DNA of 64,000 bases. Origin: Alphaproteobacteria bacterium. Lineage in GTDB: Bacteria > Pseudomonadota > Alphaproteobacteria > MPNO01. Below are positions 55,649-64,000 of the stretch, piece after piece. The notes under the pieces were generated by a model. The model saw only the letters and a list, made by a program, of their open reading frames with translations. It was not told the origin of the DNA and made no database searches. The stretch is from the NCBI GenBank assembly GCA_964291675.2, contig OZ219866.1, forward strand, positions 32,001 through 96,000, written 5' to 3'. The position numbers and the translations under genes are program-made. Numbering within the stretch: the first letter of the stretch is position 1; each line of letters opens with the position of its first letter.

Positions 55649-58566
55649 TCAAGGTGAAGAGTCCCCCAATTTTCCTGATCTTGCCGCGGCCGGTTCCCGC
55701 CGGCCCCGCCCGCCGCGGCGTCGGGCACCGCGTTCTTCGCGGTGCCGTAGAGCTTGCCGGCGAGCCAGTCGCCGATCACCGGCAGGTTCTCGGTCGCGTG
55801 ACGCTCGAAGGGTTTGTCCGTCTCGACCGCCACCCCGGCGCGGCCTTCCCTTGCGTCCTCCCGCGCGATCCCGGCCCGCGCCTCGCGCCCGGCTTCCTTC
55901 ACCGTCATGTCGGCCTTCGTCTCCGCGCGCCCGCCGAGCGCATCCGCATCCACCTCGCCCGGGCGGGGCGCGCCCGCCGCAGCCGCCCGGTCGCGCACGC
56001 CTTCGGCCCAGCCGCCCCAGGCCGCCGCGGTCTCGCGCCCGTAGGCGCCGCGCAATTCGCCCGCCGCGCCCTCGTATTCGGCGGCGCCGCCGACCGAGGC
56101 CGGATCGGGGCCGGCCGGAGCGGGGAACTTCTCGGCGATGAACGCCGCAGCGTGCTCGCGCAGCGCCTCGGCGTCCTCGGCCGTCTGGGGCGAGGCGATG
56201 CGCATGGCGCCGGCGGCGCCGATCGGCCGCCCGTCCGATCCCGTCCGCTCCGACAGCCAGGCGAAGAAGGGCTGGCCCAGCTCGCGCTCGACCGCTTGCG
56301 CGTCCGAGCGCACCTGCGCGGCCTGCTCGGACCAGCTCTCCGATTCCTGCCTCGCGAGCGAGGCCCGTTCCTGGAACGTCCGCATGCGCGTGAGATTGGC
56401 CGACAGGCTCTCGTCGAGGCTCGCCGCCTCGCTCTCGCCGGTCGCGGTCGTATAGCGCCGGGAGGCCTCCGAGACGCTCGACCAGAGGTCGGTCACCTGG
56501 TGGCTCTGGGCGTAGTCCTTGACGGCGTTCCAGGCGTTCTTCTCGATGGTCTGGCCGCGCCACATGGCCGAGCCGTCGGCGCCGAGCTTGACCACGAAGT
56601 CCCAGCCGCCGCCGACCTTCGCCTGTCCCGTCAGCACCGCCATCTGGTCCTTCGAGATGCCCGCCGTCTCCGACATCTTGTCGTAATGCGCCTCCAGCGC
56701 CTGGACCTGGGCGCTCTCGCTCTCCGTCACGCCCCGCGCATAGGCTTCCCCCGTGCTGACGTCGTGGCTGTAGCGCTCAATCAGCCCCGTCGCGTCGGTG
56801 ACGGCGGCGTTCCGCGCCTGGCCCGCCTCCGCCGACCAGTGGCGCGAGAGCGTGCTGGCCTCGGCCGCGCGGGTCTCGTAAGACGTGGCCAGCGACTCCG
56901 AGAGGCGTACGCCGGCCGCCGGGATGCGGCTGGTCGCGGCGCCCATGTCGGCGATGGGGGTGCCGTCGCCCGCGACGGTGAACGCCGCGCCGGCGGGCGC
57001 ATAGCCGGTGTAACGGTCGGTGTCGACATGGGCCGAGGTGCGGATCTGGCGCCCCTCCAGGGTGGCGAAGCGGTGGCTGTCATAGGCGGTGCTGGCGAGC
57101 GAGAGGTTGCCGGTCGTGCCCTCGTGGGCGGCCGACGAGGCCGCGTCCTGACCGACCGCCAGCACGGACGTGGCCAGCACCGTGGCCTTGGAGAGCCCGT
57201 AGGCAAGCGCGGCGGCGAGGAACGGCACCGACATGGAGAGATACCCGCTCATCACGGCCACGTCCGAGGCGACCGCCCGGATGCCGGCCTGGGCGACCAG
57301 CGAGATGCCGATATCGCCGCCCGGCATCAGCGCCGCGGCCTGCATGCGCTCGGCCGCCTCGCCCATGCTGATTCGGTGCAGCACCGCGTAGAGCGGGCCC
57401 CAGGACTGAAGCCAGACCAGCCCGGTGACGTAGGAGCGGAAGATCGCCCCGCCCGCCGGCGTCAGCATCAACAGCACCGCGATCGGGAACGCCCCGACAT
57501 AGAGGCACTCGAAGACGATGCGCAGCAGCGGCACCCAGGTCTCGGCCTGCCTGCCGATCGCCCGGTAGGCCGAGACGGTCTGCGCCTCGGCCCGCGCTTC
57601 CGTATAAGCCCGCAAGGCGGCGGCATTGCCGGCCTCCGCCGCCCACTGCTCGCCCGCGTCGTGGACGGCGTTCAGCACCATCTGCTGGCGCATGATCTCG
57701 CCCGCCGAGCGCGAGGCGCCTATGAGAAAGTCGTGCGCGGCCGGCAGTGCGGCCAGCAGCTCGGCGCGGGCCAGCGCCCCGGTCCTGGCGTCGGGGAAGA
57801 TGCGCCTGCCGAACACCGTGCCGGCCCGGGCGATCTCGGCGTTCCACTGCTCGTTGAGCAGCCCGGCGCCGGTCTCGCAGGTGACGATGCTGCGGTCGAT
57901 GGTGGTCGCGCCGGTCCCCGAGACCGCGCCCCTCGCGGCATACTCGAACATGCGCGCCGGCGAGGCGCCGGCCGAGGGCGAGCCCGTCGCCGTGACCAGG
58001 GACCAGATGTCGGTGGATTCGCGGAGGTCGTCGGCCGAGACGTGGCCCAGCAGGAGCGCGTGGAACACGCACTGGCGGGCGTAGTTGCGGACGTTCCTCG
58101 CGAACACCGCGTCGGTGATCTCGAGCCGGGTCGCCCTGGCCGCGAGCCGGGCCCCGAATATGAGCCCGTGGCGCTGGTAGGCGAGGTCGTTGGGCAGCGT
58201 GAAGGCCTGCTCGGTGAGGCGCGTCAGCCCGTCGCCCACCTGGCTGGTGAGCGAGGCGAACAGCGCGAGACCGATGGGGACGTTCGCCACCACGGCGGGC
58301 GCCAGCGCCGGGTCGAGCCGGTCCACCACCCGCACGGTCGCCTTGGGCACGATCATCGCGCCCCAGACGACCGCGAACAGCAGGATCCACTTCGCGTTGT
58401 CGCGCCAGCTCCCGCCGAAGGCGGTGCGGAACAGCACCCAGCCGAGACCCGCGATGCCGGCGAGCTGGGCGAGCGTCACATAGGCGCCGCCCGAGGTAAT
58501 GGCGGCGACGGCGTTCAGGAGATCGACGAGGTAGGTCCCGCCGCCGAGGGTGAAGAGCTCGTACAT
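55649..58566 (-). CDS. traG: F-type mating-pair stabilization protein TraG (probable 1-bp frameshift near the 3' end)
   Basis: MYELFTLGGG.YL...LNAVA, VDR, V.NVP.GLA and WLQSWGPLYA.L motifs. A natural stop at 55649 is reached only with one extra G in the G5 run at 55663-55667. Confidence 0.88.
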
Positions 58567-58589
58567 ATATTAAGGTGTCACCGCATGGG

Positions 58590-60095
58590 TCAGCGCGAAC
58601 CCGCGCCGGCCCCACCACGCGCGAAGGCGAGCGCGGCGCGCAGATCGGCCGAGAGCGCGCCCGCGAGCTCGGTCTCGATCAGGCGAAGCTTCTCGACCAC
58701 GGCGAGCGCCGTGTTGAGCCGCTGGAGGCCCTGGTGGCGGTGCCTTGCCAGCGCGACCCGGTTGGCCCGAAGCCCTTCCCGCCACCTTCGCAATTGCTCG
58801 CCGTCGGCGATGTCCAATGTGCCGGCGCGCTCCTCGACGGTGCGGTGGAGGTCCGTGATCCAGACCTGCATGACGTCGAGCGCGACGGCCTCGGCGAGCG
58901 CGTCCATCTCCTGGTCGATCACCGCGCCCCGGTAGGCCGCTGCCGTGTTGGCGACCCGGTAGACCGGGAGCGTGGTGAGGTTCACGAGGCCGAGCGCGGC
59001 GGCGGGCGGGGCGGTGTCGGTGCGCACCGCGTCCACGAGATCGCGCAGCAGCTCCGCGACGCGCGCCCGGAAGCCCCGGTTCGCGGGGATCGTCACCGTG
59101 CCGAGCGTCGGGTTGAGGCAGAGGTTGGTGGTGTCGCAGCGGTAGACGGGAAGCGTTCCGCCGCCCTCCATCAGCACCTCGGTCACCCGGCGGTCGAGCG
59201 CCAGCGGCTCCAGGATGCGGACGCGGGGACCGGAAGGATCGCTGTCGCTGGTCGGCGCGGTGACGATCAGCGTGCCGGTGACCGCCATCGCGAACTCGGC
59301 CAGCTGGACGTCGCCCGCCAGGAAGGACGACGCCCGGATCGCCTTCCAGGCATAGTTGACGTTGACCGGCACCTGGTCCGCCATGGCGCCCGAGGCGCTG
59401 GCGAGGGTCGAGTTGCGCCTGCCGTCGGCGCCGCAGCCGTGCTTCGCGGCGGCGTAGTCGGAGAAGATGCCCTGCGACGTGCCGATCGCGGCGCAGATGG
59501 ATGCCGAGGCCCGGTCGTTCTTGGACCAGACGGCGCCAACCAGCGCCTGGGCGGTCTCGCAGGAGTTGAGGTTCTGGCTGTTGACCCACTGCGCCAGCGC
59601 CCGCAGCTTGGCCATGGTCTCGGCGATCACCGGCGAGATCGTCTCCAGCGCCAGCTCGAAGGCGAAGCCCGCGGCGTTCTGCGCCACCGCGCGCCCGAAG
59701 GCGATCAGCTGGTCCGAGTTGATGAACGAGAACGCCCCGGCGAAGGCGTCGATGCCGCCGCACCCCGCGCGGAAAGAGGGCAGGTTGACGGTAGCGACCT
59801 GCTCGGAGCGCACCGGGGCGCGGAGATAGAGGTTGCCGAGCGTCCAGTGGCCCGACGCCTGGCCCTGGAAGGCGGTCGGGCCGGTGGTGTTGACCGCGGC
59901 GCCCTGCCAGAAGCGGTTCATCTCCGAGAGCACGTCGGCATGGGACGGGCCGGCCGCGAGAAGGACGGCGGCAAGCAGGCCGGTCGATGCGGCGGCCCGC
60001 CGGAAACGGCGCTGTATCCCGGACGGACGCCACCGTCGGCGGTTCGTGCATACGGTATGCAGACCGGGCCGCATGGGGCATCCGCTAATAGTCAT
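58590..60095 (-). CDS. traH: F-type pilus assembly protein TraH
   Basis: N.T.P.A..GQ..G....G, LPSFRAGCGGIDAF.G.FSFIN and NSCE.A..LV motifs. Start uncertain. Confidence 0.92.
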   Translation of the reverse strand: MTISGCPMRPGLHTVCTNRRRWRPSGIQRRFRRAAASTGLLAAVLLAAGPSHADVLSEMNRFWQGAAVNTTGPTAFQGQASGHWTLGNLYLRAPVRSEQVATVNLPSFRAGCGGIDAFAGAFSFINSDQLIAFGRAVAQNAAGFAFELALETISPVIAETMAKLRALAQWVNSQNLNSCETAQALVGAVWSKNDRASASICAAIGTSQGIFSDYAAAKHGCGADGRRNSTLASASGAMADQVPVNVNYAWKAIRASSFLAGDVQLAEFAMAVTGTLIVTAPTSDSDPSGPRVRILEPLALDRRVTEVLMEGGGTLPVYRCDTTNLCLNPTLGTVTIPANRGFRARVAELLRDLVDAVRTDTAPPAAALGLVNLTTLPVYRVANTAAAYRGAVIDQEMDALAEAVALDVMQVWITDLHRTVEERAGTLDIADGEQLRRWREGLRANRVALARHRHQGLQRLNTALAVVEKLRLIETELAGALSADLRAALAFARGGAGAGSR

Positions 60096-60924
60096 GACCG
60101 GGCTCCAGGGCGGTGAGGGCGAAGATCCGCTCGGCCATCTCGTCCTCGGCCAGGACGCCGAAGCCGACCGGCACGACCTTCTTCGTTTGCACATCGAACA
60201 GCACGAGCGCTGGGACCGGGGCGTTGCCGAGGCCGAAGCGGGCGGCGCGCCCGTTGTCGGGCACGGCCTCCGGCCAGCCCTCCAGCGCCTCGCCGGTGAG
60301 CGAGACCGCGAGCACGTCGAGGCCGTGGCGAAGACTGAAGGCGCGCAGCAGCGGTCCGAACACCTTGCACCCCGCGCAGCCGGCATGGCCCAGGTAGATC
60401 AGTCCGTAGCGCTCGCCGAGGCGGGCCAATGCCGCGTCGCGCGCGCCGCGGCGTTCGTCGGACCAGATCTGCTTGGCGAGCGCCCCGACCGGACGCCGGA
60501 GCGTGTAATCCAGTTCCGGCGTCGCCCACACCGAGCGCCGGAAGGCATCGGAGAAGGCCGCCGCCTTCTGCAAGGTCTCCTGTTGCAGCCGCAGATAGTC
60601 GGTGACGTTGGCGGGCGTGGGGTCGAGGATCGCCACGGCGCGCGCCTCCTCCAGCGCCTTGCGCATCGCCTCGATCCCTTCCGTGGCCGGCTGTCCGGTG
60701 TCGCCGGGAGGCGGGGCGGGGGTGGGTCCGACCCGTTGCGGCTCGTCCGCCCGGTCGCAGTAGAAGTGCCAGCCGAGGCCCTGTCCCTCGCCCGAACCCG
60801 GATTCCCGCACCAGGAGCGCCACTCCCCGCCCGCCGCGGACGCGCCCAGCGCCGCCCAGACGCCGATCGCGGCAAGGGCGCGTGTCACCGTGCGCCGGAC
60901 GACGGGACTTGCGGCGCCGGGCAT
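60085..60924 (-). CDS. traF: F-type pilus assembly thioredoxin-like protein TraF
   Basis: GW.FYC, A..A.L.PT..NV..Y, P.LDY, C..C, VSL.G and VPAL.L motifs. Confidence 0.88.
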   Translation of the reverse strand: MPGAASPVVRRTVTRALAAIGVWAALGASAAGGEWRSWCGNPGSGEGQGLGWHFYCDRADEPQRVGPTPAPPPGDTGQPATEGIEAMRKALEEARAVAILDPTPANVTDYLRLQQETLQKAAAFSDAFRRSVWATPELDYTLRRPVGALAKQIWSDERRGARDAALARLGERYGLIYLGHAGCAGCKVFGPLLRAFSLRHGLDVLAVSLTGEALEGWPEAVPDNGRAARFGLGNAPVPALVLFDVQTKKVVPVGFGVLAEDEMAERIFALTALEPGHDY

Positions 60925-60925
60925 C

Positions 60926-62071
60926 TCACGGACCCCGGGAGTAGAAGTCGCGGATGCGCGCCCGCATCGCATCGCCGGTATCGCCGGCGTCGGGCAGCGA
61001 GACCGAGGGCTCCATCGAGCCGTCCATCAGGTTCTCGGTGAACTCCGAGAGGTCGAGGCGCGCGAAGTCGATGCTCTCGATCTCGGCGACGGTCAGGCCC
61101 CGGCAGCTCGACCAGCCGATGCCGAGCTGCGCCCGGCCCTGCTGCTGGAGGATGCGCCCGAGCTTGGAGCCGAACACGCACCAGGCCCGTGAGCGGCGGA
61201 TGCAGAGGCCGAAGAAGGTCTTCTTCGAGCAGTATTTGCCGAGATAGTGGGTGTTCCCGGCCTTGCGTTCCTCGGCCAGCTGGCGCTCCGAGGCCGAGCA
61301 GTTGGCCATCCCCACCAGCAGCCCGGAGTTCCTGCAGCAGTTCGCGAGCCCCCCGAAATGGATGTGGCAGGCCCGGCGGGTCCCCTTGAAGAAGCGCATG
61401 TCCTGGCGGTCGAACTCGTCGCCGCCCAGCTCCAGCGCCATGTTGAGCCGCGTCGTCGCCTCGACGAAGCCGGTGTTGGCCTGCGATGCAACGCTGTCGC
61501 AGTCCGCGCCCACGCACCAGCGCACGGAGCCGCAGGCGCCGCCGCGGCCGGACTGCGCGAGGCCCGACCCGCAGGCCGTCACCGCGCCCGAGGCGAGCCC
61601 GCCCGCGCCGTGGACCGGGGCCTCGGGCGCCGCGGCGATGCCCTCCGAGCGCACCACGCCGGGTTCCGTGGCCGCGACCGGCCGCACGGGCCGCACGGTC
61701 GTGCCCCGGATCACCGCCCGCCCGGCCGCGCCGCCCGGATCGTCCGGATCGGCGAGCCGCGCGCGGGCCGCGCCCTCCATGCCGGAGGCGGTCAGGTTCC
61801 GCTCCGGCACGCTCGTCCCGGCATAGCCCGGCACTTTGATCGTGTTGGACGAATCCCGCGCGATCGCGCCCGCCGCTGCCGTGCCCGCGTGGCCGATGGC
61901 CCGCGCGGCCGCCCGGGGATCCTCCGCCTGCGCCGCCATCCCCGAGACCACCCACAGCATCAGGCAGACGAGGGCGAACATCGCCGTCCAGGTCAGCAAC
62001 CTCATGGTCCGCGTGCCCCGGTCCAACGCGATCTCGATGCGATCGCGGACAAGATCGGATCGTTCCGTCAC
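60926..62071 (-). CDS. traN: Mating-pair stabilization protein TraN (short form)
   Basis: Cys-rich C-terminus: F.G...C, NCC, C...E..LA, HYLG.YC, C.F.SKL.RI.Q.QGR.QL, C.G.T..E...IDF...DLSE. Confidence 0.88.
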   Translation of the reverse strand: MTERSDLVRDRIEIALDRGTRTMRLLTWTAMFALVCLMLWVVSGMAAQAEDPRAAARAIGHAGTAAAGAIARDSSNTIKVPGYAGTSVPERNLTASGMEGAARARLADPDDPGGAAGRAVIRGTTVRPVRPVAATEPGVVRSEGIAAAPEAPVHGAGGLASGAVTACGSGLAQSGRGGACGSVRWCVGADCDSVASQANTGFVEATTRLNMALELGGDEFDRQDMRFFKGTRRACHIHFGGLANCCRNSGLLVGMANCSASERQLAEERKAGNTHYLGKYCSKKTFFGLCIRRSRAWCVFGSKLGRILQQQGRAQLGIGWSSCRGLTVAEIESIDFARLDLSEFTENLMDGSMEPSVSLPDAGDTGDAMRARIRDFYSRGP

Positions 62072-62874
62072 GGCTGTCGTTCCTTTCTCAGACGTTCGAG
62101 CTGACGCCGGGCCGTGTCGCGCCCGACGGCTCCCTCGTCCGCGACGGCCTGGAGCGCCGCCGCGAGGCCGATGTTTCCCGTCACGACGTCATGGGATGGC
62201 GCGGGGTCGTCGGCGCAGCCCCGGCTCCGGCAGGGCGGCACCCCGCCCGGCACCACCACCACGGCAGGCACCCGTTCGATGCCGAACAGGCGAAACAGGC
62301 GCGGGTCGATGGCGACGCCGGCCTCTGCGCCGCCAAGGCGGTCGCCGATGCGCCTGATCGTGGCGCGCATCCCGTCTTCCGACACGCCGCGCAGCACCAG
62401 CGGCGGACCGGCGTGTTCCGCTGCGCCGAGCCGGGCCGCCTCGCGCGCCCATTGCTGCCAGCTCGCGGCGGGCACCGACAGGCTGGTGAAGATCAGAACT
62501 TCCGCCGTCCCGGAACGCGGTCCGGTGAGACCGCCTGCATGGCGCTCGGCCGGGAGGGGAGGGGCGGACCGTCCGGGCGAACCAGGGCCCGCCGCGCCTG
62601 CCCCGGACACCGATCCGGGAACCGTTTGCCGCGCTGCCGTGCCGGCCCGCTCCAGCGCGCGGTCCAGGATCGAGCGGGTCCAGTCGCCGAGATCGTCGCC
62701 GCCCGCCTTGCGCAAGACCTCCGCCGCAAGCTCGCTTGCGGCGGCTTCCGAAGGCGCCGGCGTTTGCTGGGCCAGCGCCGGGCGGCAGCACGCCGCAAGC
62801 AGGAGGAGGCCGGCAAGCCCGGCAACCAGGGCTCCGGAGCGCCTTGCCGACGTCCGGTTCAGAGGAGGCAACAT
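62068..62874 (-). CDS. trbC: F-type pilus assembly protein TrbC
   Basis: IFTSLSVP, LVLRG, IDPRLF..F.I..VPAVV and D...GNI.L..AL motifs. Located between traU and traN. Confidence 0.85.
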   Translation of the reverse strand: MLPPLNRTSARRSGALVAGLAGLLLLAACCRPALAQQTPAPSEAAASELAAEVLRKAGGDDLGDWTRSILDRALERAGTAARQTVPGSVSGAGAAGPGSPGRSAPPLPAERHAGGLTGPRSGTAEVLIFTSLSVPAASWQQWAREAARLGAAEHAGPPLVLRGVSEDGMRATIRRIGDRLGGAEAGVAIDPRLFRLFGIERVPAVVVVPGGVPPCRSRGCADDPAPSHDVVTGNIGLAAALQAVADEGAVGRDTARRQLERLRKERQP

Positions 62875-63860
62875 GTCCGTTTTCTCCACAGCAGGTAGCC
62901 GAAGTTCTCGCCCGCGACCGGTAGCTCGCGCAGCGATTCCCAGAGCACCGACGAGCGGCCGGTCGGGTTGCAGCCGGTCATCGGCGAGGTCGCCGGCACC
63001 GGCTGGGTCATCTGCCAGCGGTACTGCGACTTCTTCATCACCGGCATCGGGTAGCGTCCGCAGAGCGCCGCCGAGCCCGAGGTGCCCCAGGCAATCCCGG
63101 CGCGGTGGAGCCGGTAGACCAGCCGCTGGGCCGCGAGCAGCGACGCCTGCACCCCGCCGACATGGGCGGCGACGTTGCCGGTGAGCGGATACATCCCCCC
63201 CTGGCACCCGGCGCACCAGAACATGGGATCGAGCGGCAGGCCGGCCGAGGCCGCGGCGCAGTCGGCGGCGCATGCCGCCTGCGCCGGCAGGTTGGCGAAC
63301 AGCGCCGCTTCCGGGTTCAAGAGGAACGACAGCTCGTCGTCGAGCCAGGCCGGGTCGAGCTCCGAGGTCCAGGCGATGTCGAGCCCGCCGCCTTCGAGGC
63401 AACCGAGATCGAGCAGCACGCCGATCCAGGAGAGCAGGGGATACATGTAGTAGTGCGCGTGCCAGACCGAGCCCTTGGCGCCATCGCCGCCGGAGGAGCC
63501 CGTGCGGCCGCGCGCGGCGTGCAGCCCCGGGTCGATGGTGAGGCCGCCCAGGTTGGGGAAGCACCAGGGCGCCCGCGTCACGTCCATCAGCCGCGCCGGC
63601 TCCCACACCCCGAGCGAGAGGCCGATGCGCGGGATCGGCGAGCCGCAGAGGCAGATCGGCGAGGAGGGGTTGGGCGTGTCCGGCGCGCCCGTCGCGCTGC
63701 CGATCGTGATCGGGCCGATCGTGATGGGAAACAGGCACTCCCAGCACACGTCCGAGATCGGGTTGACGAACCGCCCCGTGCAGGACTGCGCCGAGGCCGC
63801 GCCCGGCCACAACAGGGCCAGCAACGCGAGCGCGGCCGGGAGGGCGAGGCGGCGGGTCAT
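62859..63860 (-). CDS. traU: F-type pilus assembly protein TraU
   Basis: C.G.F.NPISDVCW.C.FP, G.WEP, SELDP.W, FWCAGC.G..YP and W.KR.CC motifs. Confidence 0.93.
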   Translation of the reverse strand: MTRRLALPAALALLALLWPGAASAQSCTGRFVNPISDVCWECLFPITIGPITIGSATGAPDTPNPSSPICLCGSPIPRIGLSLGVWEPARLMDVTRAPWCFPNLGGLTIDPGLHAARGRTGSSGGDGAKGSVWHAHYYMYPLLSWIGVLLDLGCLEGGGLDIAWTSELDPAWLDDELSFLLNPEAALFANLPAQAACAADCAAASAGLPLDPMFWCAGCQGGMYPLTGNVAAHVGGVQASLLAAQRLVYRLHRAGIAWGTSGSAALCGRYPMPVMKKSQYRWQMTQPVPATSPMTGCNPTGRSSVLWESLRELPVAGENFGYLLWRKRTCCLL

Positions 63861-64000
63861 TCCGCGCGGCCTGCCCCGGACGCCGATCCGGGGGCCGGTG
63901 CGGAATCGCCGGCATCGGGCGTGTCTCCCGGCGCGCGGCGACTGCCGAGGATGTTGACCATGCCCTGCCACCCGGACACGACGATCTCCGTCACCGTCCG
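63857..64000 (-). CDS. 3' end of an upstream tra-operon gene (partial, unidentified)
   Basis: Open frame from the window edge (RTVTEIVVSGWQGMVNILG...GRAE-stop) with an ATGA overlap onto traU. Confidence 0.55.
   Translation of the reverse strand, partial: RTVTEIVVSGWQGMVNILGSRRAPGDTPDAGDSAPAPGSASGAGRAE

Larger units (their letters stand above)
16735..64000. mobile_element. F-type conjugative element backbone (MOBF/MPF-F plasmid or ICE), continuing past the right edge
   Basis: tra genes, coupling protein, relaxase, oriT and a co-oriented leading-region gene block. Left boundary not defined. Confidence 0.85.

Noticed and set aside
54388-58566. 1392-aa ORF suggesting a giant TraG or TraG-TraD fusion
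   Set aside because: The extension is low-complexity Arg/Pro/Gly, out of frame with traD, and explained by one missing G at 55663-55667.
49820-58935. Long + strand ORFs (1134, 873, 1180 aa)
   Set aside because: Antisense shadows of traI/traD/traG. Only the last ~110 codons of the 873-aa ORF look like a real gene.

Overview
The window is the transfer end and leading region of an F-type conjugative element (plasmid or ICE), probably from an alphaproteobacterium (perfect GAAC-N7-GAAC LexA box), preceded by an AT-richer cargo/defence island. (1) About 1-16.4 kb, cargo: integrase remnant, pentapeptide-repeat membrane protein, defence-gene debris (MmeI-like methyltransferase, AbiEii, TIR), an intact AbiEi/AbiEii pair, a KAP NTPase, a His-Xaa-Ser radical-SAM cluster (HxsA-HxsC-HxsB plus divergent PG-binding, TIGR03982-like and MauG-like genes), and an unannotated three-gene operon with a probable ADP-ribosyltransferase. 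(2) About 16.7-47.9 kb, a GC-rich, mostly + strand block: PAPS-reductase-like, AAA/DUF3150/vWA, ParB-like, GHKL ATPase, RadC, SRAP, strawberry-notch methyltransferase-helicase, SLOG, SSB, AlkB, DarG-type macrodomain, NADAR, toprim, two DUF2493 copies and DUF4326. (3) About 49-64 kb, minus strand: traU-trbC-traN-traF-traH-traG, traD, MOBF relaxase. A candidate oriT near 48190 (hairpin + 8 nt + nic, close to the F nic sequence) would make block 2 the first-transferred leading region. Its first ~9 kb carry an orphan cassette (SSB, AlkB, macrodomain, NADAR, SLOG/DUF4326, Frpo-like hairpins) that I propose protects the single-stranded T-strand against DarT-type defences. All family calls come from motif recognition by eye; no searches were run.
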